Virus record (IMG/VR): IMGVR_UViG_3300017912_000212
Location: 1 to 39,685 of that record
Origin: a virus
Taxonomy: Duplodnaviria > Caudoviricetes
Reading direction: 5' to 3' (one strand)
DNA: 39,685 nucleotides
A program made the translations under genes and the position numbers. Position 1 is the stretch's first letter. Each line of letters opens with the position of its first letter. Under the pieces are notes generated by a model. The model was given only the letters and a program-made list of their open reading frames with translations. It searched no databases and was not told the origin of the DNA. Positions 17,294 to 27,572 of the stretch are shown piece after piece.

Positions 17294-18692
17294 AGAACCT
17301 CAACGTGAGGTTTTATTTAAACCTAATCCTGGCCCACAGACAGAGTTCCTAGCTTCTACAGAGCAAGAAGTTTTATATGGAGGAAGTGCAGGTGGTGGTA
17401 AAAGCTATGCTATGGTGGTTGACCCTGTTCGTTACCTCACTAACCCTAATGCACGGATGCTCTTGGTACGTCGAAGCACAGAAGAACTTAGAGAACTCAT
17501 AGCTGTATCTAAACAACTTTATCCTAAAGCAGTTCCAGGAATAAAGTTTATGGAACGAGATAAGACTTGGGTAGCTCCATCAGGTGCTACACTCTGGATG
17601 TCTTATCTTGATCGTGATGACGACGTAATGCGTTATCAAGGTCAAGCTTTTAATTGGATAGGCTTTGATGAACTTACACAATGGCCTACACCATATGCGT
17701 GGAACTATATGCGTTCACGTTTACGCACAACAAAAAACAGTGGGCTGCCACTATTTATGCGAGCCACTAGCAACCCAGGTGGTCCAGGCCATCAATGGGT
17801 AAAGAAAACTTTTATTGATCCAGAGGTGCCTAACAATGCATTTTGGGCTACAGACACTGATACAGGCGAAGTTATATCTTGGCCGAAAGGACATTCGAGA
17901 GAAGGTCAGCCACTATTTAAACGTAGGTTCATACCTGCTACCTTATTCGATAATCCTTACTTAGCTGACGATGGTATGTATGAGGCCAATCTTCTGTCGT
18001 TACCTGAGCATCAAAGAAGGCAACTACTTGAAGGCGATTGGGATATAAATGAAGGCGCAGCATTTCCAGAGTTTAACAGACAGGTTCATGTTGTGGAGCC
18101 ATACGACATACCTAATAATTGGGTTAAGTTTAGAGCTTGCGATTATGGGTACGGTTCGCATACTGGAGTTGTGTGGATAGCAGTAACACCTGCTGAACAG
18201 TTAGTTGTGTATAGAGAACTTTATGTTAGTAAGGTTATTGCCACAGATCTTGCTGATATGATTGTTGAAATAGAAGAAGAAGAAAAAATAAGATATGGTG
18301 TTTTAGACTCTTCTCTCTGGCACAATCGTGGTGATACTGGCCCAAGTCTAGCAGAACAAATGATAATGCGTGGGTGCAAGTGGAGACCATCAGATAGATC
18401 TAAAGGATCTCGTGTAGCAGGTAAAAACGAGTTACATCGTAGACTACAGATAGATGAGTTTACAGAAGAACCTAGAATGGTAATCTTTAATAACTGCAAA
18501 AACTTAATATCTCAATTACCTGCAATACCATTAGATAAAAAGAATCCAGAAGATGTAGACACAAATGCAGAAGATCACTTGTATGATGCACTAAGATACG
18601 GTATAATGACAAGACCAAGAAGTAATTTATTTGATTATAATCCGATGACATCTTCTGGTTTTAAAGCAGCAGACCCTGTTTTTGGTTACTAA
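17151..18692 (+). CDS. terL: Terminase large subunit
   Basis: Walker A GGSAGGGKS, Walker B FDE, ATSNPGG, nuclease ACDYG and DHLYDALRY. Start codon uncertain. Confidence 0.95.
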   Translation: MSKNVRQKLQLNATMPNGTKRRQRKQKNSKPKELEQKTTAAREKIEFEEPQREVLFKPNPGPQTEFLASTEQEVLYGGSAGGGKSYAMVVDPVRYLTNPNARMLLVRRSTEELRELIAVSKQLYPKAVPGIKFMERDKTWVAPSGATLWMSYLDRDDDVMRYQGQAFNWIGFDELTQWPTPYAWNYMRSRLRTTKNSGLPLFMRATSNPGGPGHQWVKKTFIDPEVPNNAFWATDTDTGEVISWPKGHSREGQPLFKRRFIPATLFDNPYLADDGMYEANLLSLPEHQRRQLLEGDWDINEGAAFPEFNRQVHVVEPYDIPNNWVKFRACDYGYGSHTGVVWIAVTPAEQLVVYRELYVSKVIATDLADMIVEIEEEEKIRYGVLDSSLWHNRGDTGPSLAEQMIMRGCKWRPSDRSKGSRVAGKNELHRRLQIDEFTEEPRMVIFNNCKNLISQLPAIPLDKKNPEDVDTNAEDHLYDALRYGIMTRPRSNLFDYNPMTSSGFKAADPVFGY

Positions 18693-18701
18693 GGAAAAAG
18701 C

Positions 18702-20771
18702 ATGGAAGAAGAATTTGAAGATATAATTGAGTCTGAAGCATCGACTGCTTTAGAAGATGCAACTAAGGACGGACAATCTTTTGATCCTAGTGTAGGAAAT
18801 ATTGTTGGCCTAGTTCAAGATAAATACAATAAAGCTTCTACAGCACGAGAGACAGAAGAACACCGTTGGATACAAGCATATCGAAACTATCGTGGTTTAT
18901 ATAGCTCTGATGTTCAGTTTACTTCTACAGAAAAATCCAGGGTATTTGTTAAAGTAACTAAAACAAAAGTTCTTGCTGCTTATGGACAAATTGTAGATGT
19001 TCTTTTTGGTAACAATAAATTTCCTATTACAGTAGATCCGACAACTTTACCAGAAGGTATTGCTGACTCTGTTCATTTTGAAACTAATCCTAAAATGGAA
19101 CAGGTTGACATGAATGACATGGATCTGCAGCCTGGGGAAACTTATCCTGAGTTTAAAGAAAGACTTGCTGGCTTACAGAAAAAACTAGAGCCTGTAATGG
19201 ATAAGCTAGAAGAAGGGCCAGGAACTACACAAACACAGATTACTTTTCATCCTGCGATGGTTGCAGCCAAGAAGATGGAAAAGAAAATCCATGACCAGTT
19301 AGAAGAATCAAATGCAAATAAACAGCTAAGAGTTGCAGCATTTGAATGTGCTTTGTTTGGCACAGGTATTATGAAAGGTCCGTTTGCTGTAGATAAAGAG
19401 TATGCAAACTGGGATGAAGAAGGTGAGTACAAACCTCGTATAAAAACTATGCCACAGACTTCATCTGTTTCTATCTGGAACTTTTATCCAGATCCCGATG
19501 CAGCTAATATGGATGAAGCAGAGTATGTAGTAGAACGTCATAAGATGTCTCGAACACAACTGCGTACCCTAAAAAATAGGCCATTCTTCCGTAGTAATGC
19601 TATTGATACTGCCATTAGTCTAGGTGAGTCCTATACTAAAGAATGGTGGGAACAAGCTATGGAGGATGACTCCAACGAAAACCAAGCAGAACGTTATGAA
19701 GTCTTAGAGTTTTGGGGTAATGTAGATACAGAAGTTTTAGAAAATTACCAGCTAGATATTCCAAAAGAGTATAAAGATTTAGATGAAGTTAGTGTAAACA
19801 TCTGGATATGTAATGGTCAAGTATTACGTTTAGTTCTAAATCCATTTACTCCAAAGATTATTCCATACTATGCAGTACCATACGAAGTAACACCATATAG
19901 TTTATTTGGTGTAGGTATTGCAGAAAATATGGACGATACTCAAACTCTCATGAACGGTTTTATGCGTATGGCTGTAGACAATGCAGCTCTTTCAGGTAAT
20001 ATGTTGATTGAGATTGACGAAACTAATTTAGTTCCCGGTCAAGACCTTGAGGTATATCCAGGTAAAGTATTTAGGCGTCAGGGCGGTGCTCCTGGGCAAG
20101 CAATCTTTGGAACTAAGTTTCCAAACGTAAGTAATGAAAACATGCAAATGTTTGATAAAGCAAGGGTATTAGCAGATGAATCAACTGGTTTTCCATCTTT
20201 CGCACATGGTCAAACAGGCGTGTCGGGTGTGGGCCGTACTGCTTCTGGTATTTCTATGCTCATGTCTGCTGCCAACGGTAGCATTAGGAATGTAGTCAAG
20301 AATATAGACGACTACCTATTAGCTCCACTAGCCAAGGCATTCTTTAACTTTAATATGCAGTTTGACTTTGATCAAGAAATTAAAGGAGACCTTGATGTTA
20401 AAGCTCGTGGTACAGAAAGCTTGATGGCTAACGAAGTACGTAGTCAACGTCTCATGCAATTCTTAGGCGTAGTACAAAATCCAGTCTTAGCGCCATTTGC
20501 TAAGATGGACTATATCATACGTGAGATTGCTAAGTCTATGGATCTTGATCCAGATAAACTTACAAACTCTATGGCTGATGCAGCAATTCAAGCAGAGATC
20601 CTTAAAAAGTTTGCACCAGAGCCACCAGAACAACAACAAGGACAACAACCTCCAGAAGCACCTGCAGGTGTACAAGCCGCAGATACTCAGGGTAGCGGCG
20701 GAGGAACAATAGGAACAGGTTCTGTACCCCAACCAAATGAACCAGGATTTACAGGTGGAACAGTTCAGTGA
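18702..20771 (+). CDS. Portal protein
   Basis: Follows TerL; 689 aa; FGTGIMK, FYPDP, FGVGIAE, RTASGISML, Q/P-rich tail. Confidence 0.9.
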   Translation: MEEEFEDIIESEASTALEDATKDGQSFDPSVGNIVGLVQDKYNKASTARETEEHRWIQAYRNYRGLYSSDVQFTSTEKSRVFVKVTKTKVLAAYGQIVDVLFGNNKFPITVDPTTLPEGIADSVHFETNPKMEQVDMNDMDLQPGETYPEFKERLAGLQKKLEPVMDKLEEGPGTTQTQITFHPAMVAAKKMEKKIHDQLEESNANKQLRVAAFECALFGTGIMKGPFAVDKEYANWDEEGEYKPRIKTMPQTSSVSIWNFYPDPDAANMDEAEYVVERHKMSRTQLRTLKNRPFFRSNAIDTAISLGESYTKEWWEQAMEDDSNENQAERYEVLEFWGNVDTEVLENYQLDIPKEYKDLDEVSVNIWICNGQVLRLVLNPFTPKIIPYYAVPYEVTPYSLFGVGIAENMDDTQTLMNGFMRMAVDNAALSGNMLIEIDETNLVPGQDLEVYPGKVFRRQGGAPGQAIFGTKFPNVSNENMQMFDKARVLADESTGFPSFAHGQTGVSGVGRTASGISMLMSAANGSIRNVVKNIDDYLLAPLAKAFFNFNMQFDFDQEIKGDLDVKARGTESLMANEVRSQRLMQFLGVVQNPVLAPFAKMDYIIREIAKSMDLDPDKLTNSMADAAIQAEILKKFAPEPPEQQQGQQPPEAPAGVQAADTQGSGGGTIGTGSVPQPNEPGFTGGTVQ

Positions 20772-20959
20772 GTAATCTAAAGCTTGTCGTAAATAATAAA
20801 CCACAGTGGGATGCTATTGTAGAAGAGCTTTCTCATCGTATTGAAATAGCTCATCGAGGCTTGGAACAACATGATGAAGGGCCAGAAATATTTAGACTTC
20901 AAGGAGAGGTTCGTGCTCTCCGTTCTTTACTTAAACTAAGAGATAAAGTGAATGGCTAA
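20768..20959 (+). CDS. Small portal-adjacent protein (63 aa)
   Basis: RLQGEVRALR motif; coupled to both neighbours. Confidence 0.75.
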   Translation: MSNLKLVVNNKPQWDAIVEELSHRIEIAHRGLEQHDEGPEIFRLQGEVRALRSLLKLRDKVNG

Positions 20960-23900
20960 TATTACAGAAGAAGAACTTCAAGAAATTGATAGGCTTATTG
21001 AAGAAGAAGATAAAGTAACTTTTTCCGATCTTGCTAAGTCTGTTGCTAAAATAGGACTAGTTAATTTTCAATCAGGCCTTATGAAACTCGGTGTATACAC
21101 AGACCCCAAACTTGGCTCACACATTGAAGAAGGTTTAAAATCAAAAGGCAGTAAGATTAAAGGCTTCTTAAACTATCTTATGAATCCACAAGAACACTTT
21201 GGACCTGCTAATTATAATAAAGGTGGTTTAATGTCTCGTCCTATGTTACCATCCGCAGATAACGACATAACTACTGAGCCGCCCAAAAAAGGTATCATGG
21301 GTGATACTGTGCTTGAGTATGCCAGAGAACCTTTTGCCGAAGCTAAAGAAAGTTTTATGTCAGCTGGTAGAATAGAAACCAGCGATGATGAATCACAAGT
21401 TATGAAAGCTTTACGTCCAATAAGACGTGCTGGTGATTATGTTGGTGATATGGCTATGGCTGCATTGCAAACTGGTGAAGCTGGCTATGGAGTTTTTTCT
21501 GGAGCAATCGGAGAGCTGTTTGGTGGTAAAGACCCCGAAGACGAAAAAAGATTAGCTAGAGATATTATGGCCATGCCAGAGGCTTTTATAGCTGCCACTG
21601 GTGCAAAGAGTCTTACACAACTTGATGATGCTGTTGACACAGGTATAGATAGCATTCAAGCAGCTTACAATAGATATAAAAAATATGTAGACGAAAACTT
21701 TGATACATCTGGTGGTACGACTTATAGCTTTAGTAGCATGTTGCCAGTTAATTATAAAACTAAAATTCGTAAAACCTATCCACCAGGTGATAAACTTTTA
21801 GATGAAAAAAGTACAGCTATATTTGAGCCATTTCAAAAGATAGACCGTCCAAGAAGTACTAGTCTAACAGACCCTCAAGAAGCTATAGACACCGAATCTT
21901 ATTTTAAAGATCCTGTATTAGGAGCATATATAAAGATAGCCATATTAGAAGATTTTCCTAAAAAGGGTATATTGGGTAGAGATCTTATAACTAAGCTCCA
22001 AAAAATGAACATACCTAAAAATTTAATTCCTGACGATATTATAGATCCAAATAAAAGGTATAGTACAGATGATCTAGACTTTTTAAAAAACAGAAGGTTT
22101 AAAATTGAATCTACTACTCGATATAGAGATGATATGCAAAAACAGCGAGGTACCCTTGACTATGGGTATGCTGACGATAATTTAGCTAACTTTACAGCTA
22201 AGGTCAACTATGATCCAGGCTTTAGAGCACCCAACCAAAAATTACGTTTTAGTGCACAAGGTAATAATATTTTTGATCCCAACACTATATTTCACGTTCG
22301 TGGTGGACTATTTCAAAAATATAGCTATGGCTTTGATGACACTAAAAGACTTGATAAAATTTTGTTCAGAAACGAAAGTCCAAATAAAGTATTAAATTGG
22401 ACTCCTCAAGAAGTAGAAGAAAAAACCCCTAGTTATATTCTTGTAGATGAAATTCAATCTAAGTTTTTAAACCCTAGCTATGGCGATGGTGCAATCTTAC
22501 CTCTTAAAAATCCTAATACTGATAAACCTTATAAAAATGAAGAAGAAGTTGTTTCAACATCTGTAGACAATTCTCACATACTTTTAGAGGATATGAATAT
22601 CGTTGTTGAAGATAATGGTAATTATCCATTTCTTACAGACTTGCAAAAAATACAAGCTGAACAGTCGGATATAGATAAAGTAATTTTAAATAGGTACTAT
22701 CATTTAAACAACCCCGACTTAGAAAGATTAGAAACTCTTGAGGCAGATTTAAGGTATGCTGAAGAAGATGCCAACATACCAGGTATGCAAGATAGGTCAG
22801 TTGCACAAGATAGAATAGATGAAATTAAAAACGAGATAGCTGGTATAAGACAAGGAGTTATAAAAGCACCTAAGTCTTGGTATAACAGTTATCAAAATAT
22901 ACTTAAAGGTGCGTACAACTTTAGAAAAAGCCTTGACGAAGATTCTGAAGAATTTAAAGAATATTTAAAAAATAATATTAAACAATATAAAACTAAAAGT
23001 CTTGAAGATCAAGCACTTGTACAAAAAGATTTTATAATTGAACAAATAAATAAGTATTTTCCAACCACTGATCCTGACAGAAAATTTTTAGCTGATAGAT
23101 ATGATTCGACGCCATATAATGAAATTTTAAATGAACTAGCATTTCAAGTGCACCCCAATGGTTTGTTTAGATCTAACTACGAGGGTTGGTTTGATCAAGG
23201 CCTTTTGAGCGTAAGAGACTATCTAACAAGAAAAATGTTGGATCAGTATAGTGATATTTTAGTTTCAGAGTTACCTGCATTTAAAAATTTTCAAGGTAAG
23301 TTTTTAAAGCACAGAGAACTAGGTGCACCCTACCCTGGAATATATGAAACTGGGCCTACCTATATTGACTACTTAAAACTTAAAAATCAAGGGTTTATAG
23401 ATTTGTCAAAGGAGCAGGGACTAGAAGACATTGACCTAGATGATGATTTCTTTAACGAGAAATTTTTTGACTTTCCTGATGATCCAGATTTAGATGAGAT
23501 TAGTGATTTTTTGCAAGCTGAAGAAAACATGGACATACCAAAACGATATAGTCCAGACTTTGAAGCTTTAGAAATTATAGACGATAATAAACCAACTAGG
23601 TTTACAGAAGAAGAATTAAAACAGTTTGACAGAGAGTCATATCAACCTGCTTTTGCTGCTAGTCAAGATAATTTTAGAGATATTCAATCTTATCAAAATA
23701 GATTACGTGTTCATCAACAAGACTTTGAAGCTTTACAAAGGGGTGAAAAAGTTGACGCAAATTTACACTGGTATACTGGCTTTGGAGATCCCCTTAATTT
23801 TACAGATAAACCTTTAGATTATTCACCAACTGAGCAAGAGTTGTTGTTATTAATGCAAGACTCAAAAGATAAAATTAATCTTCTTCGTAGAGACTCAGAT

Positions 23901-25202
23901 GAAGATTTTTATAGAAGGGTAGATGCTAATTTAACATCTACTATGGAAGAATTTTCTTCGGCATTGAATAGTACTATGGATACCTTTAAAGATAAAAAAG
24001 ATTTTGTAAAAGGTCCAATATCTAAGAATCAAGAAATAACTGATAATGCATTAAAAGTTCTCATACAAAAAGCAAATAACACAGATTCAGACTTTATAAT
24101 TATACCTTCACTAGACGCAATGTTAGTAGCTGGTAGAGAAACCATGCCTATGCTTAGAAGATTAAAAAGCTATGAAAAAATGATAGAAAGGAATAAAGAA
24201 AAATTAAAAGGTAGCAAAAGACTTGATGATCTTGTAGAACTAGCTGAGAATGTAAAAAATAGTCAGTTTTATCGTTTGTATAAAAAATCTTTAGACGCAA
24301 CTGTTAATGATTTAGAAAGAAATTTTTCAGATTATGTAACTGTACATAGAAATGTTCCATTACCCTATGGTCGCAAAGCAGATCCATATAAAAAAGAAGA
24401 TGATTTTGGAGCAGAGTTTGATGGTACTGTAATTGATATTAAAAAGCTCCGTGAAAATTTTGATCTCGATCAACCTCGTTTTGGTGGTACTATACGAAGC
24501 AGAGAACAAGATGCACAAGATATGGGGTATACTAAAGAAGTATTCCACACAACAACAGCTAAGGGTGGTAAACCCGAAGGTGACGTTTTAGATAATAGAA
24601 AAAGTAAAAATTACAATGATATGTTTGATGCACTAGGTACACACGTAGGAACTAGATCCGCAGCCCAAGCTAGACTTGATGCTCAGACTAGAGACATGTT
24701 AGACGTACGTGGTTATTACGGCGATGCACCTGGAATTGGTAGTTATGATGAAGCTGGTCTTTCTAAATTTATGAAAGACAACCCAGACTTTGAATTACCA
24801 ACTATAATGAGATTAAAAGGTAAACTTAATAAGCCACTACAAGGTGAAGAATTTGGTTTAGGTTATAAAGAAGACGGTAAATTCCAACCACCTAGTGAAT
24901 TGCAAGTTAGAAACTTTTTAAATAGAGAAAGAATGGAAGTGATGAGGGATCTCATAAATGAGGGTAACTCAGCAGAATCAGTTAGCGCAATGAGTGATAT
25001 GGAGATAGTTGATATAATTAGAGAAAGACTAGCTTCACAAGGTTATACTCATATTCCATATATAAATGAGGTAGAAGATGCTGGAAGTGTAAGCTTTATA
25101 GTACTTAAACCAGAACTATTAAGAGATGCGGGGGCAGCAAGATTTAATCCCAGAGATAAAGATAAACCAGGTTTAGGAAGATACCAAGGAGGACTAGTAT
25201 AA
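20952..25202 (+). CDS. Large polyvalent / internal virion protein with probable C-terminal ADP-ribosyltransferase domain
   Basis: 1416 aa in the head module; HVRG..DEIQS motif; C-terminal VFHTT..GTHVGT..GYTHIPYINEVED.GS.SFIVL.P. Confidence 0.7.
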   Translation: MANITEEELQEIDRLIEEEDKVTFSDLAKSVAKIGLVNFQSGLMKLGVYTDPKLGSHIEEGLKSKGSKIKGFLNYLMNPQEHFGPANYNKGGLMSRPMLPSADNDITTEPPKKGIMGDTVLEYAREPFAEAKESFMSAGRIETSDDESQVMKALRPIRRAGDYVGDMAMAALQTGEAGYGVFSGAIGELFGGKDPEDEKRLARDIMAMPEAFIAATGAKSLTQLDDAVDTGIDSIQAAYNRYKKYVDENFDTSGGTTYSFSSMLPVNYKTKIRKTYPPGDKLLDEKSTAIFEPFQKIDRPRSTSLTDPQEAIDTESYFKDPVLGAYIKIAILEDFPKKGILGRDLITKLQKMNIPKNLIPDDIIDPNKRYSTDDLDFLKNRRFKIESTTRYRDDMQKQRGTLDYGYADDNLANFTAKVNYDPGFRAPNQKLRFSAQGNNIFDPNTIFHVRGGLFQKYSYGFDDTKRLDKILFRNESPNKVLNWTPQEVEEKTPSYILVDEIQSKFLNPSYGDGAILPLKNPNTDKPYKNEEEVVSTSVDNSHILLEDMNIVVEDNGNYPFLTDLQKIQAEQSDIDKVILNRYYHLNNPDLERLETLEADLRYAEEDANIPGMQDRSVAQDRIDEIKNEIAGIRQGVIKAPKSWYNSYQNILKGAYNFRKSLDEDSEEFKEYLKNNIKQYKTKSLEDQALVQKDFIIEQINKYFPTTDPDRKFLADRYDSTPYNEILNELAFQVHPNGLFRSNYEGWFDQGLLSVRDYLTRKMLDQYSDILVSELPAFKNFQGKFLKHRELGAPYPGIYETGPTYIDYLKLKNQGFIDLSKEQGLEDIDLDDDFFNEKFFDFPDDPDLDEISDFLQAEENMDIPKRYSPDFEALEIIDDNKPTRFTEEELKQFDRESYQPAFAASQDNFRDIQSYQNRLRVHQQDFEALQRGEKVDANLHWYTGFGDPLNFTDKPLDYSPTEQELLLLMQDSKDKINLLRRDSDEDFYRRVDANLTSTMEEFSSALNSTMDTFKDKKDFVKGPISKNQEITDNALKVLIQKANNTDSDFIIIPSLDAMLVAGRETMPMLRRLKSYEKMIERNKEKLKGSKRLDDLVELAENVKNSQFYRLYKKSLDATVNDLERNFSDYVTVHRNVPLPYGRKADPYKKEDDFGAEFDGTVIDIKKLRENFDLDQPRFGGTIRSREQDAQDMGYTKEVFHTTTAKGGKPEGDVLDNRKSKNYNDMFDALGTHVGTRSAAQARLDAQTRDMLDVRGYYGDAPGIGSYDEAGLSKFMKDNPDFELPTIMRLKGKLNKPLQGEEFGLGYKEDGKFQPPSELQVRNFLNRERMEVMRDLINEGNSAESVSAMSDMEIVDIIRERLASQGYTHIPYINEVEDAGSVSFIVLKPELLRDAGAARFNPRDKDKPGLGRYQGGLV

Positions 25203-26650
25203 TGCAGGAACAAATGGAAATGGCTTTTATGCAAGAAGGTGGTATGAAAGACGACGGTATGAATATAGATCCTGTATCAGGAAATGAAATACCTCCAGGC
25301 TCTATGGCTAAAGAAGTTCGTGACGATATTCCTGCTATGTTATCCGAAGGTGAGTATGTAGTTCCTGCAGATGTAGTTCAATACTTCGGCGTAAAATTTT
25401 TTGAAGATATTCGCATGACAGCAAAAATGGGCTTGCAGAAGATGCAAAGAGATGGTAGAATCGGTGGTGAGCCTATAGATGATAACGAAGAAGAATTAGA
25501 CCCAAATGAAAATGCAGTTCTTTTAGAAGTTATGCAGATGAATACTGGTGGTGTTGTTGGTTACAATACAGGTGGTCTAGAGGGTCAGCAACTTCGTGAT
25601 TATACTTTACAGCCAACTCCTATGAGTTATTTAACTCCAGGCGCATTTCAACTTCAAGCAGCAGGTATGGGTACTCCACCACAAGTAGACACAGGAGAAC
25701 CGCAATGCCCTCCAGGACACGTCTTCGATAAAGAAAAGAATATGTGTGTTCCTGTTGCTACAACTCAAAGTGAAAGTGTTATGCCTCAAGAATCTAAAGA
25801 TTCTCCTACAGAACCTTTAGAACCTGCAACACCTTGGCATGAACAGATGGATTGGGAAAATCCTGTAGAATATTATGCTGACATGTTTAAACCTAAAAGT
25901 AATATGCAAAAAGCTATACCAGCAGCCATAGCGTCTACGGTAGGTGGACCTATCGGAGCAGTGATGGCAGCAATGGCTCCTGTAAGTGTTGTTAGGAATA
26001 TTGCAGAGATGAGAGCCACTGCTATGGTATACAGGGCAGCTGGTAATACAGAACTAGCAGATCAACTTCTAGAACAGTCTAACGCCTATGTAAAAGCAGG
26101 TAGTGCATTTGTAAGAGGTCTTGATGCTATGGTAGACTCAGATGGTTCTATGATCTTTAGCAGCCTAAGTAAAAGTATGGGTGGGCCTAATATAGATGCT
26201 CTAATAAAATCTGGAGAAATTGACGATATTAATGTTTATCTAGATAGTTTAAGCGGAGCTGAAAAATCTAAATTCCAAAGATATCTTGCAAATAAAGGTT
26301 ACGGTAAAAAACAATCTAAGACAAGTGGTAGTGGTATTAGTTCAGAAGAAGAAACTCAACGTAAGCAAACAGCAACTAATTTAATAGCTCAAAATAAAAG
26401 AAGCTCTGAGGAAAAAGATAGGGATAACAGGCAAGCAAATATAACAGCTTCTCAAAAACAAGCAGCATCTGGAACTTCTTCAAGCAAGGCTAAAGCAATA
26501 GTCAAAGCAAAAGATAAAGGAGTTAGTACAAAAACAGCCGCAAAACTTTCTGGAGCACAAATGAAAGCAGGTGCTGATGTAGGATCAGGAGTAGGAGGAA
26601 CTAATTTAAGTGGCCCATTTAATAAAGGCGGCTTAATGAAAAAACGATAA
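25202..26650 (+). CDS. Head-associated/internal protein with DDIPAMLSEGEYVVPA domain (482 aa)
   Basis: Conserved N-terminal motif; basic low-complexity tail ending FNKGGLMKKR. Confidence 0.75.
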   Translation: MQEQMEMAFMQEGGMKDDGMNIDPVSGNEIPPGSMAKEVRDDIPAMLSEGEYVVPADVVQYFGVKFFEDIRMTAKMGLQKMQRDGRIGGEPIDDNEEELDPNENAVLLEVMQMNTGGVVGYNTGGLEGQQLRDYTLQPTPMSYLTPGAFQLQAAGMGTPPQVDTGEPQCPPGHVFDKEKNMCVPVATTQSESVMPQESKDSPTEPLEPATPWHEQMDWENPVEYYADMFKPKSNMQKAIPAAIASTVGGPIGAVMAAMAPVSVVRNIAEMRATAMVYRAAGNTELADQLLEQSNAYVKAGSAFVRGLDAMVDSDGSMIFSSLSKSMGGPNIDALIKSGEIDDINVYLDSLSGAEKSKFQRYLANKGYGKKQSKTSGSGISSEEETQRKQTATNLIAQNKRSSEEKDRDNRQANITASQKQAASGTSSSKAKAIVKAKDKGVSTKTAAKLSGAQMKAGADVGSGVGGTNLSGPFNKGGLMKKR

Positions 26651-26692
26651 GGCTACCCAGCTACGGCTGGCCCCAACATAAGGAGAAATAAT

Positions 26693-27568
26693 ATGCCTGA
26701 ACTAGCAGAAGTAGAAACACCAAAAAACGCAGGGTTTGTAAATCGTGGTGTCAACTATGAAACAAGACGCAAACGTTTGGAAGAACAAGAAGAGGAGTTA
26801 AAAAAACTTGAGTCTGGAGAATCAGTCGAAGAAGAAGTTACCGAAGAGGAAAAGGCCGATACAGAAGTTAAAGAAGAAACGTTATCTCCAGAAGAAAGAT
26901 CATTTAAAAAGCGTTATGGTGATCTGCGTAGACACCTACAGCAAAAAGAAAAAGACTGGGAAGAAAAATTCCAAAGCTTAGAAAACAGGGTTAACAGGGA
27001 AGGTATAGTACCACCAAAATCTGATGAAGATATTGAACAGTGGGCAAAACAATATCCAGACGTTGCAGGAATTGTAGAAACTATTGCAGCTAAAAAAGCT
27101 CAAGAAATGTTTAACAAAGCAGACGAACGTCTACGAGAGATTGATGAAGTGCAGTATGAAGCACAAAGAATGAAAGCAGAGTCTGAGATTCAAAAAGCTC
27201 ACTCTGATTTTATTGATCTTCGTAACTCTGATGAGTTTCATGACTGGGCAGATGCACAACCTAAGTGGGTTCGTGATGCTCTTTATGAAAACTCTGATGA
27301 TCCCGCATCGGTTATTCGTGTTATTGATTTATACAAATCAGATAAGGGAATGACTAAAAATGCAAGGAAAGAGAAAAGTAGAGCTGCAGCATCCGTTGTT
27401 AGTAAGTCTAATAAAGCTCAAGTTTCTGCAGATGAGTCTGAAGGACAGCTTAGAGAATCTCAAGTTGCTAAGATGTCAGACAAAGAGTTTGAAAAACGAG
27501 CTGAAGAAATAAATGAAGCTATCCGTAGTGGTAAATTTATTTATGATATATCTGGTTCCGCCAGATAA
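26693..27568 (+). CDS. Capsid scaffolding protein (probable)
   Basis: Acidic coiled coil, FKKRYGDLRRH; directly upstream of the capsid gene; AAGGAG SD. Confidence 0.8.
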   Translation: MPELAEVETPKNAGFVNRGVNYETRRKRLEEQEEELKKLESGESVEEEVTEEEKADTEVKEETLSPEERSFKKRYGDLRRHLQQKEKDWEEKFQSLENRVNREGIVPPKSDEDIEQWAKQYPDVAGIVETIAAKKAQEMFNKADERLREIDEVQYEAQRMKAESEIQKAHSDFIDLRNSDEFHDWADAQPKWVRDALYENSDDPASVIRVIDLYKSDKGMTKNARKEKSRAAASVVSKSNKAQVSADESEGQLRESQVAKMSDKEFEKRAEEINEAIRSGKFIYDISGSAR

Positions 27569-27572
27569 ACTG

